Part shown: positions 27,876-36,015 of the stretch, piece by piece
How the letters are laid out: every line of letters starts with the position of its first letter
Position numbering within the stretch: position 1 is the stretch's first letter
Source: Polyangia bacterium
Lineage (GTDB): Bacteria; Myxococcota_A; Polyangia; Polyangiales; JAUICN01
Direction: 5' to 3'
Length of the DNA stretch: 64,000 nucleotides
Assembly (NCBI GenBank): GCA_030427835.1
Contig: JAUICN010000003.1
Span: 100,965-164,964, forward strand
Position numbers and translations under genes: made by a program
The notes under the pieces: generated by a model
The model's database searches: none
What the model was told of the DNA's origin: nothing
Seen by the model: only the letters and a program-made list of their open reading frames with translations

Positions 27876-28130
27876 GGAAAACCCTATGGGGAAACCCAAC
27901 CAGAAGCCACATCAGTACCCCCGCCCATCGATTTTTTCCGCAACGGCGAGGATCGCTGCCAACCTCCCCCAAGAATGCATGTTCAACGCGCTCTTGAGTT
28001 GAACTGCCCCCTAAAGTTGGTACATCCGTTCACCCCCCGAGGCAGTGACCTTGAACCCGATGGCTCGTTGTGTGGACGACCAGCCGTCCCCACAACGCAC
28101 AGCGCTGACGAACCGAAAGTCAACTACGCC

Positions 28131-30653
28131 ATGGATGAAGACCCCATCACCCGAGATACCGCCGTAGACGGCGACGATGACTCAGAAACCACCGCACGTG
28201 GTGACCTGGTCCCAGAGCACGATCCTTCCGACCACACACCACTTGGGAACCCGCCCGAAGATGCTCTCGCACAGAGCGGGGCTGGACAGTCAGACGTTCC
28301 GAGCGAACTGTGGCGACTCCGACGGGGAGACGGGGATGAAATCCATTCCAGTCTTTCGTTGATGGATCTTCAGCGTGGCATTCGTTCGGGGAAGTTCCTT
28401 CCTTCGGATAGGGTAAGGCCCCAGGGATCCACCCTGTGGAAGCCGCTCACCGCGGTCCCGGAACTTCGTCCCTTTTTCGACCCAACATTCCAGGGCGACC
28501 AGGATCGCACGCCTGCGGGTCACACCATTGCAGATGGCATGACGGCCCAATACCCAGAATCCTGGCAAGAAAAGCTTAGGGGGTTGAGCAGTCATCCACC
28601 TCCAGCCAAGCGCTCCTCCCAAACAGGACACTCGTCCCCAAGTCAGCCCACCATCACCGAAGCTTCCGCCGCACTGTCCACAGCGGACAGCTCTGCCAGC
28701 TCCAGTGCCACCCGGATGCAGCCTTCGAAAGCTGAACTTGAAAACGCTTCCCCTCAAGCGTTGCCTCCAACCCAGTCACAAAGTGCAGCCAACGAGAACG
28801 TACTGGAAGACCTACGAAGCCTCCGTAGGCAGTCCTCCATCCCAGCACGGCCCCAGGTCCCAACAGTCCGTCCCATCTCTTCCATTCCTCCACCGTTGCC
28901 TTCCCGGCGACCCACCTCAGCTCCGCCTCCCCGCCCTTCGCAGATGCCCCTCCCATCCACAGCGCCATCTCAGCCCCCTGTGACATCTGCCACGCCTGTG
29001 CATGTTCAGGTGCAACCCCCGTTCTCGGGCGAAAACACGAGGAGTCCACAGGAGTCTGCATTCAAACCTGGGGAGACATCTCCCCTGGCACTCCATCTGG
29101 AGGACGCGGACCAATCGCCACACATCGCCGAAAAACCTCAAAAGAAACGGCGGCTGACCTGGGTCGTGCTTTCTATTCTCGGGCTAGCAGGGGTTGCGGC
29201 TGTCTGGTGGACCCGCGGAGACGGGGCTTCCTGGTGGGCGTCTCAAATGGCAAGGTCCACCGCACCGTCATCCGCAACTCCACCGACGGACGCTCTCCCC
29301 GTGGAGCATCCATCCGCCAATGTGGACGTGCAGTCCGTTGTTCAACAAGCTTCAACTTGGATCCACACCCTACTTCCTGATCAGGTGACCAAGGCCATCG
29401 AAGTTCTTGATGCCGCACGGGTACAACACCCCAACAATACGCGCATTCACGGGGCACTGGCCCAGGCCCATATCACCCTGGCAGAAAGGTACCGACAACA
29501 TTCCAAGCAGTCCCGTGTGGCCCAACAGATCAAATACCGAGTGTCCTCTTCCGTTACACCGAACACCAAGGAGAGCGGACGTGCGCCATCCGACCCCGCT
29601 GTCGCAGAAGATCCGTCAAGCCTTCGGGCGAATATGTTGGCGCGAGAACACGCCCAGCGCGCGATATTTCATGCCTCGGAAATGGATCGGGCTTCCAAGG
29701 GTGCAGGCGTTGAAAATCAGGCAAACGTTGAGGTGCAGGCGCGTTTGTTCACCGCCGCCGCGCTCCGTCTCCAACAGAAATGGGACCTCCTTGAGCAGGA
29801 ACTAGAAGAACTCGGATCCTTGGACCCGGGGGTCTCCGTCCCTGGCCAAGCTTTCGAGGTGCAACGGCTCCAGGAGGCTCTTGACCGTCACCAGGGAAAG
29901 GCCATCTCTCTCAACGGGACGCCTCAGAACGTACCACCTGAGAACGCACCACAGGAAGACACAAGTGCCGCCGCACGTCTGTGGAAAGCAGAACTTCTTT
30001 TTGATGAAGTTCTAGGAAACAGCGATCCCGAAAACGATTCTCCCATTTACCCTCGGCTTGCCAAGGTGTTGGGTACTTACGTGTCCCACGGGGAAGCCAA
30101 AGCGTGGCTGGATCTTGGTCGGCAGTGGGATGCACACCGTGCCCAGGTGGCCACGGCGGAACCCACATCAAACGAAAAAGACCCCCAGGAAGAATCGGAT
30201 GAGTCCACGTCCACCGCCCCCACGGAACCCGCAAAACCCCATGGAGGCAACGTACAGCAATCATCATCACCTCCCGTGACCCTTAGTTATGGTGAACTTG
30301 TGGGCCGTGCCGACAGCCTCCTTGAACGCGGGCGAGTCGGCCGTGCGAAATCTCTCTATGAGAGAGCCCTGGCTCAGCGAAGCCAGGGGGCGGAAGCGCT
30401 CACGGGCATGGGATACGTATCTCTGGAACAGGGAAAAGCGTCTGTGGCCGCCACCTATTTCCAAAGGGCATCTTCGATCGGCCATAGCGGCGCACTGATT
30501 GGTCTAGGCGCAGCGTACAAATCCCTGGGGCAAACGGAGCGGGCGGTGATGGCGTACAAGGACTATCTGAAACGCAATCCAAACGGCCCAAACGCCTCCA
30601 TCGCGCGAAACCAAATCGCCCGTCTAGATACCGCGCGCCCAGGAGCAGAATAG
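28131..30653 (+). CDS. GYF-like / Pro-rich / single-TM / TPR protein (about 840 aa)
   Basis: ATG 28131 (MDEDPITRD). GYF_2-like segment LWRLRRGDGDEIHSSLSLMDLQRGIRSGKFLPSDRVRPQGSTLWKPLTAVPELRPFF. Long Pro/Ser-rich region. TM LTWVVLSILGLAGVAAVWW. C-terminal TPRs (AKSLYERALAQRSQGAEALTGMGYVSLEQG...). The start is uncertain. Confidence 0.65.
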   Translation: MDEDPITRDTAVDGDDDSETTARGDLVPEHDPSDHTPLGNPPEDALAQSGAGQSDVPSELWRLRRGDGDEIHSSLSLMDLQRGIRSGKFLPSDRVRPQGSTLWKPLTAVPELRPFFDPTFQGDQDRTPAGHTIADGMTAQYPESWQEKLRGLSSHPPPAKRSSQTGHSSPSQPTITEASAALSTADSSASSSATRMQPSKAELENASPQALPPTQSQSAANENVLEDLRSLRRQSSIPARPQVPTVRPISSIPPPLPSRRPTSAPPPRPSQMPLPSTAPSQPPVTSATPVHVQVQPPFSGENTRSPQESAFKPGETSPLALHLEDADQSPHIAEKPQKKRRLTWVVLSILGLAGVAAVWWTRGDGASWWASQMARSTAPSSATPPTDALPVEHPSANVDVQSVVQQASTWIHTLLPDQVTKAIEVLDAARVQHPNNTRIHGALAQAHITLAERYRQHSKQSRVAQQIKYRVSSSVTPNTKESGRAPSDPAVAEDPSSLRANMLAREHAQRAIFHASEMDRASKGAGVENQANVEVQARLFTAAALRLQQKWDLLEQELEELGSLDPGVSVPGQAFEVQRLQEALDRHQGKAISLNGTPQNVPPENAPQEDTSAAARLWKAELLFDEVLGNSDPENDSPIYPRLAKVLGTYVSHGEAKAWLDLGRQWDAHRAQVATAEPTSNEKDPQEESDESTSTAPTEPAKPHGGNVQQSSSPPVTLSYGELVGRADSLLERGRVGRAKSLYERALAQRSQGAEALTGMGYVSLEQGKASVAATYFQRASSIGHSGALIGLGAAYKSLGQTERAVMAYKDYLKRNPNGPNASIARNQIARLDTARPGAE

Positions 30654-30708
30654 CCCCACGACCGAGTAACCCGCGACAAGCAACCCATAGCGTCTTCCCT
30701 AGAGTTCC

Positions 30709-32502
30709 ATGTTCACAAAATTCATTCATCAAAATGCCCGTTTGCCCACCATGTTGTTGGTTCTTCTGGCCCTTGGATCCTGCGGGGGTAACAAACCCAA
30801 GACAAGATCATCAACGCCGTTAAAAAAGGAATCCATACTTCGACTGGAACTCCACCAGGTACCCAACGAGACGTCCCAAACAGGGTTCCTGGGCAAGGAA
30901 ATGTCCACGCTTGCGGAGGCCCTTGACGCCATCCGAAACGAAGGGAACGACCCAAAAGCAAAAGCCATGCTCCTTCAAGTGGGAGACATGGAAGGCGCCT
31001 GGGGCCGGGCCTGGGAAATCGCCGCCGCAATCACGCGCTTTAAAAAGGCAAAGCTTCGACCTGTGCACTGCCATTTCAACAATACCGACAACCTCGGTTA
31101 TTGGTTTATGGCAAAATCCTGCGACCACATCCAAATGACACCGGGAGGCACGCTGAATCTTGTTGGGGTCGCAACCCAAGTCCTTTACTTCAAGGATCTG
31201 CTGGACAGTGTCGGAGTGCGGGCAGATTTACTCCAGGTGGGTAACTTCAAGGGGGCTGCGGATCCCTTTGTACAAAACGACATGCCTGAGGAAGTACGGC
31301 AAACCCTTTCTGGGCTGCTCGATGACATGCACGGGCAGCTAACCGAAGGGATTGCCCAGGGCCGTCATCTCGAACCCAAACAGGTGGCCGCAATCCTGGA
31401 AAAAGGTCCATTTGATCGAAAAACAGCACTGGAACATGGACTGGTCGATGACGTAGGCTTTGAGGGCGCCGCCCTGTCTAGGCTCAAAAAGAAGTCATCC
31501 ACTTCCCGTTCAAGGGTCATTGAGCTTCAACCCAAGACGTCCACTCCCGATCTCTGGGAAATCATTTCTATGCTCTCCGACGACCAGGAGACGTTGGGTC
31601 CCGAAGGCCCACGTGTGGGGTTGGTGTACCTGGACGGTGAAATCACGGACAGTGAGGAAGAGAGCCTATCTGGCGGGAATGCGGGTCCATTCATTGAAGC
31701 CGTGCTGCGTATGGCCAACGACAAAAACGTTCGCGCCCTAGTATTGCGCATCGATTCCCCTGGAGGGTCCGCTCTCGCCAGCGATCGCATGTGGCATGCC
31801 GTGCGGGTCGCTGCCAAAAAGAAACCTGTCGTCGCAAGCATCGGTGATATGGCTGCAAGCGGTGGTTATTACGTGGCCTCTGCCGCAGACACGATCCTCG
31901 TATGCCCTTCAAGCATCGTGGGCTCCATCGGTGTGGTCGGTGGAAAAGTGGCTCTCCATGGGCTTTTGGAAAAGGTGGGCATCCATCCCGTATCCATCCA
32001 GCGGGGCCAGCAAGCCCTGTGGAGCAGCATGGTGGCGCCATTTTCAGACTCCGAACGCGAGATCCTCACAGGGATCATGCAAAGAACCTACATACGGTTC
32101 CTTTCGAGAATCAAAGCTGTGCGGACGTTTACAGAAGAGGAGCTCTCCCAACGGGCGCAGGGGCGTATTTTTTCAGGATCTCGGGCCGTCGCGCTGCGAC
32201 TCGCCGATCAGATGGGTGATCTGCACGCCGCCATCGCTCTTGCCCGGCAACGGGGAGGCCTTCCAGAAGACCGTGTTGATCCGGGAGAACTCGAGGTTTG
32301 GCCTTCACCACTCAAGGGGTTGGAGAAGATGGTAAAGCAGCTGTCCGGGGGAGCTTCATCCCAGTCGCCCATGCTTTCGGCTAGCCGATCGGCATTTGCT
32401 GCACAATGGGAACAGACCGTAGAGCCCGCACTCGGCTTTGCGACTCGGTTGCAGCACGAGCCCTTCATGGTGCAATTGCCCTTTGTTCTTTCCATCCAGT
32501 AG
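30709..32502 (+). CDS. sppA: signal peptide peptidase SppA, 67K type (S49)
   Basis: 597 aa. Lipobox LLALGSC. Tandem S49 domains with the catalytic Ser segment IGDMAASGGYYVASAAD. Confidence 0.88.
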   Translation: MFTKFIHQNARLPTMLLVLLALGSCGGNKPKTRSSTPLKKESILRLELHQVPNETSQTGFLGKEMSTLAEALDAIRNEGNDPKAKAMLLQVGDMEGAWGRAWEIAAAITRFKKAKLRPVHCHFNNTDNLGYWFMAKSCDHIQMTPGGTLNLVGVATQVLYFKDLLDSVGVRADLLQVGNFKGAADPFVQNDMPEEVRQTLSGLLDDMHGQLTEGIAQGRHLEPKQVAAILEKGPFDRKTALEHGLVDDVGFEGAALSRLKKKSSTSRSRVIELQPKTSTPDLWEIISMLSDDQETLGPEGPRVGLVYLDGEITDSEEESLSGGNAGPFIEAVLRMANDKNVRALVLRIDSPGGSALASDRMWHAVRVAAKKKPVVASIGDMAASGGYYVASAADTILVCPSSIVGSIGVVGGKVALHGLLEKVGIHPVSIQRGQQALWSSMVAPFSDSEREILTGIMQRTYIRFLSRIKAVRTFTEEELSQRAQGRIFSGSRAVALRLADQMGDLHAAIALARQRGGLPEDRVDPGELEVWPSPLKGLEKMVKQLSGGASSQSPMLSASRSAFAAQWEQTVEPALGFATRLQHEPFMVQLPFVLSIQ

Positions 32503-32547
32503 AAAGGGTATGGTTAGAAAATGGACAGATCCAAACAGGAGGCCCGC

Positions 32548-34104
32548 CTAGGTGGCACAATGTTTACGGATCACATCCATTTCAAGACGTTGAACCTGGG
32601 TCTCACCTGGCTGCCCCGGTAGCACAAAGTGGATCGACGACCCTTCCCGCTTTTTGTCAGAAGTGAGAAACGGCCACGTCCCAGAAGTCACATAGCGATC
32701 CAAGTCAGTGGGCAAACCAAGGCCATTCATCAACGTGATCAATCGGTCCGCCACGAACCGGTCCATCACACCAAGCCCGCAGGAAATACGAACAGCTGCC
32801 ACCATTCCTAGGGCCACCGATTCTCCATGGCTTAGCCCCTGGAACCCGTGATCGGCTTCAATCGCATGGCCAACCGTATGGCCAAGATTGAGCAACCGTC
32901 TCGAACCAGCCTCCCGTTCGTCTGCTTCCACAATCCGGGATTTCAGGGCCACAGAGCGGCACACCATCTCCTGAAGCACAGAAGGATCCCTTTGGCGAAT
33001 CCCGGCCATGGCATCTTCCAGAAAAGCCACATCTGACGCCCCAGACAACCACATGGATTTCACCACCTCAGCCAAGCCGGATCGATATTCCCTATCGGGC
33101 AACGTCGACAGAAAGTCCAAATCACACAAAACACATTCCGGTTGATGAAATGCGCCGATCAGGTTCTTGCCCCGGTCGTGATCAAAACCGGTCTTGCCAC
33201 CCACTGAACTGTCCACCATGGCAAGCAACGTGGTTGGCATCTGAACAAATCGAACACCGCGTAGCAGTGTGGCTGCCGCAAAACCCGTAAGGTCTCCAAC
33301 CACCCCTCCGCCCCAGGCAAGCAATAGGGTCTGGCGGTCGGCACCATGCTCAAGTGCGGCATTCCAAACGCGCTCAACACTTTGCAGGTTCTTATGGGCC
33401 TCTCCGGGCTCAAGAACCAACGTGTAGTCAGGTTGCCGATCTCCGACAGGTGTCACGAAGTCCTTCCAATGGGAAATCACATTGCTATCGGTCACCAGAC
33501 CCAAGGAAGAACCCTGGAGGCGATCGAGCTCGCCACCAAGCCTTGCCCGCACTCCACTTCCGACGTGAACCCGATAGGTGCGCCTGCCAAGCGGCACCAC
33601 CAATGGCGGGGTTGCAAGCAACTCACGAAGGTTCTGGAGGATGGCCTGTCGATCCATCGCCACGGTATCCAACTGGGCATGGCATTCAAGATAGTCATCA
33701 CGACGTTCTTGAAGTAGCGACTCGAGGTTCCGAGTTGCAAGAAGCGGCCGATTCTCTCCATTGCCCAGTCGTTGTTGGAGTGCCGACAGCGGTGGCATGA
33801 GCGTAACAAGGACTCCCTCGCGCAGGAGTCTGCGTCGAACATCATCGTTCGTGATCGTTCCTCCACCCAAAGCAACCAGGGCATCGCCGTAGGGAGTGGA
33901 AGAAAGAATGGAACTCACGGCGGATTGTTCACGAGAACGAAACCCGGATTCCCCCTCCTCAGTAAATATTTCCTGAACACTCCGGCCCGCCTGTTGCTCG
34001 ACAAAGAGATCGAGATCCACAAACGGCTTTCCTAGCTGCCTGGCAAGCCAAGGCCCTAGGGTGGACTTTCCACTGCCCATGGGGCCAGAGAGAAAAACAC
34101 GCAT
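32548..34104 (-). CDS. aroKB: bifunctional shikimate kinase / 3-dehydroquinate synthase
   Basis: 518 aa. N-terminal P-loop FLSGPMGSGKSTLG (AroK). C-terminal AroB motifs GGGVVGDLTGFAAA, VDSSVGGKTG and LNLGHTVGHAIE. Confidence 0.9.
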   Translation of the reverse strand: MRVFLSGPMGSGKSTLGPWLARQLGKPFVDLDLFVEQQAGRSVQEIFTEEGESGFRSREQSAVSSILSSTPYGDALVALGGGTITNDDVRRRLLREGVLVTLMPPLSALQQRLGNGENRPLLATRNLESLLQERRDDYLECHAQLDTVAMDRQAILQNLRELLATPPLVVPLGRRTYRVHVGSGVRARLGGELDRLQGSSLGLVTDSNVISHWKDFVTPVGDRQPDYTLVLEPGEAHKNLQSVERVWNAALEHGADRQTLLLAWGGGVVGDLTGFAAATLLRGVRFVQMPTTLLAMVDSSVGGKTGFDHDRGKNLIGAFHQPECVLCDLDFLSTLPDREYRSGLAEVVKSMWLSGASDVAFLEDAMAGIRQRDPSVLQEMVCRSVALKSRIVEADEREAGSRRLLNLGHTVGHAIEADHGFQGLSHGESVALGMVAAVRISCGLGVMDRFVADRLITLMNGLGLPTDLDRYVTSGTWPFLTSDKKREGSSIHFVLPGQPGETQVQRLEMDVIRKHCAT

Positions 34105-34122
34105 GAACGGTCGCCCCTCCGA

Positions 34123-34512
34123 TCAGCCGTCCAGGGTGCCAAACACCCGGGGGCCATCCACGAGGGACAAGCCAAGTGCTTCGAGGATCTTCCGCTTGGT
34201 GGCCATACGGCAACCGTATCCCCGTTCGATCCGATCCACCGTAAGCACAGATACGTTGGCGCGACGGGCAAGCTCTGCCTTCGACAACATGCGGGATAGG
34301 CGAATCTGACGGACCCGCTGCCCTTGCATTGGATCCGGGTTTGCGGTCGCTGTTTTTCCAGCAATCGTGCCTGCACGACGGGCAACAGCACCGTCGGCTT
34401 CGTTCGAAGCTTCGCGTGTACCGGTCGGTAACCCCACCTCTGCGCGCGACAACACCCGTGGTCGAACTTCCTCCGTGTCGCTAGCAAACTCGTCCTTCAC
34501 AAAGCCCATCAA
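34123..34512 (-). CDS. XRE-family helix-turn-helix protein
   Basis: 129 aa. C-terminal HTH IRLSRMLSKAELARRANVSVLTVDRIERG. The N-terminal about 70 aa are low complexity. The stop is 18 nt before the aroKB start. Confidence 0.75.
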   Translation of the reverse strand: MMGFVKDEFASDTEEVRPRVLSRAEVGLPTGTREASNEADGAVARRAGTIAGKTATANPDPMQGQRVRQIRLSRMLSKAELARRANVSVLTVDRIERGYGCRMATKRKILEALGLSLVDGPRVFGTLDG

Positions 34513-34572
34513 ATCCTCGCGATCAGTATGGTTTGCCCATTGAGACCCGTCAAGAACTAATAGGAATTCATA

Positions 34573-34592
34573 TATAGTTATATATAACTATA
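34573..34592. promoter_or_regulatory. perfect 20-bp palindrome TATAGTTATATATAACTATA in an AT-rich island (candidate operator / divergent promoter core)
   Basis: Read directly from the sequence; the reverse complement equals the sequence itself. It sits between the divergent XRE gene (start 34512, minus) and the LysM/DUF882 gene (start 34674, plus). I count 15 G/C in the 60 nt from 34551 to 34610. Confidence 0.5.
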
Positions 34593-34673
34593 GCATAAGT
34601 TAGCCATGTTTATGGACTGAGAGTCGTTTTTGGACTTGCCGGTTCCCAGACATCCCTAAACACTTGTCCCGGC

Positions 34674-35747
34674 ATGCGGGACTCAAAGAAAACCAGGGGC
34701 TTTCTAATCGGCCTCCTTGTGTTCCTATTCTGGGCTCCCTCAAACGTGGCCTCCGCAAATCGTACGTATACGGTTCGGTCCGGGGATACGCTTGCCGCAA
34801 TCGCACGACGACAGGGGCTGGTGGTTGCCGACCTGGTAGCACTCAACGGTATCGATCCCAGGAACCTGCGCCCGGGCATCGTTCTAGACTTGCCTGAGCG
34901 TGGCGCCGTCGTTGTTCGTAGTGGAGACACATTGGCTGTGATCGCACGCCGCAACGGGACCACGGTCTCCGCGCTCTGCTCCAGCAATCGTATCAACGCA
35001 GGGGCCATCGTCCGCCCGGGGCAGGTGTTGTGGCTCCCAGGCCAGGAACGGAACCGGTCTACCCAGCGATCCCAACGGTGGGGGAAACCCAAGACGCCAG
35101 GAGTCGCAACCCTGATTCGCCTCCATGGCAATCAGAAGATCCGCCTGCGCCTTGTGGACTACCGAGGCAGGGTCGTGGAAGCGTCCAGGCGCCGTATGGC
35201 AGCCCTCATGCGGTCTCGAACCAACGGCGGCACACGTCGTCCGCCCCGACGGCTGGTGGCATTGCTCGCTCGGGTATCCGATCACTTCGGAGGGCGAGAC
35301 ATCTATGTGGTCAGCGGATATCGCCCCCCCGGTGGGCACACCAGCCCCAACAGCAAACATACCGTAGGGCATGCCATGGATATTCGCGTCAAGGGTGTGC
35401 CCAACGAGGTTCTGCGGGATTACTGCAAAACCTTTTCCAGGGTAGGCGTTGGCTATTACCCACGAAGCCATTTCGTTCATCTCGATGTCCGCGACAGGAG
35501 CAGCTACTGGGTAGATTGGTCACGCCCTGGAGAAGCTCCCATGTACGCAGAGCCCGGTGAAGGTCCTCCTCCACAGATCCGCCAGGCTTCCACGCCTGGG
35601 GAGCCAGAAGCAGCAACTGGAACCGACGAGACCCCAGTTCCACACGAGCCCTCTGCCCCGCCGACACCCACCTCCCCCACCATCGAAAATGAAAGCAACC
35701 CAGCACCCACTGGCCTCACTACCTTGGTGGTGCCAGGCCCAAGCTAA
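34674..35747 (+). CDS. secreted LysM-domain peptidase M15A/DUF882 family protein
   Basis: 357 aa. Signal FLIGLLVFLFWAPSNVASA. Two LysM repeats (YTVRSGDTLAAIARRQGLVVADLVALNG; VVVRSGDTLAVIARRNGTTVSALCSSN). DUF882 zinc motif VVSGYRPPGGHTSPNSKHTVGHAMDIRV...SHFVHLDV. Confidence 0.85.
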   Translation: MRDSKKTRGFLIGLLVFLFWAPSNVASANRTYTVRSGDTLAAIARRQGLVVADLVALNGIDPRNLRPGIVLDLPERGAVVVRSGDTLAVIARRNGTTVSALCSSNRINAGAIVRPGQVLWLPGQERNRSTQRSQRWGKPKTPGVATLIRLHGNQKIRLRLVDYRGRVVEASRRRMAALMRSRTNGGTRRPPRRLVALLARVSDHFGGRDIYVVSGYRPPGGHTSPNSKHTVGHAMDIRVKGVPNEVLRDYCKTFSRVGVGYYPRSHFVHLDVRDRSSYWVDWSRPGEAPMYAEPGEGPPPQIRQASTPGEPEAATGTDETPVPHEPSAPPTPTSPTIENESNPAPTGLTTLVVPGPS

Positions 35748-35772
35748 CAGCGAACCACGCTTCAGTTTCGCA

Positions 35773-36015
35773 CTATGGGACGGAACAGGGGTTCACCACG
35801 GAAGGCGCCCCTTCGCAATACCCTGATACGCACCGGTATTGGAGATGGGTGCTACACATCGCACCGTCGTTGCATTCCAGGGAAGCGTCGCACGGGCGCG
35901 CCTCCGTTGGTGGCTGTACATCGACCTCCGCGGGGCAACCTTCCACGTAGAGCGTAAGAACTAGGATGCGTATGGCTTTCAGCGCGCCAGTCTTCAGCAA
36001 AGATCGAGACCTCAC
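35773..36015 (-). CDS. small Cys-containing protein (80 aa), paralogous to a module of the upstream Cys-rich protein
   Basis: GTG 36015-36013 forms GTGA with the upstream TGA (36014-36012). PCDASLECNDGAMCSTHLQYRCVSGYCEG parallels PCLHDDECDNGIFCDGEETCIQGRCSPG in the upstream protein. The N-terminus RSRSLLKTGALKAIRILVLTLYV is signal-like. The track shows a longer 124-aa ORF (35773-36147). Confidence 0.45.
   Translation of the reverse strand: MRSRSLLKTGALKAIRILVLTLYVEGCPAEVDVQPPTEARPCDASLECNDGAMCSTHLQYRCVSGYCEGAPSVVNPCSVP

Noticed and set aside
27855-28130. N-terminal extension (92 aa) of the GYF/TPR protein
   Set aside because: The extension would overlap the deoC start and has no protein-like features. 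ATG 28131 follows and begins an acidic N-terminus. The start remains uncertain.
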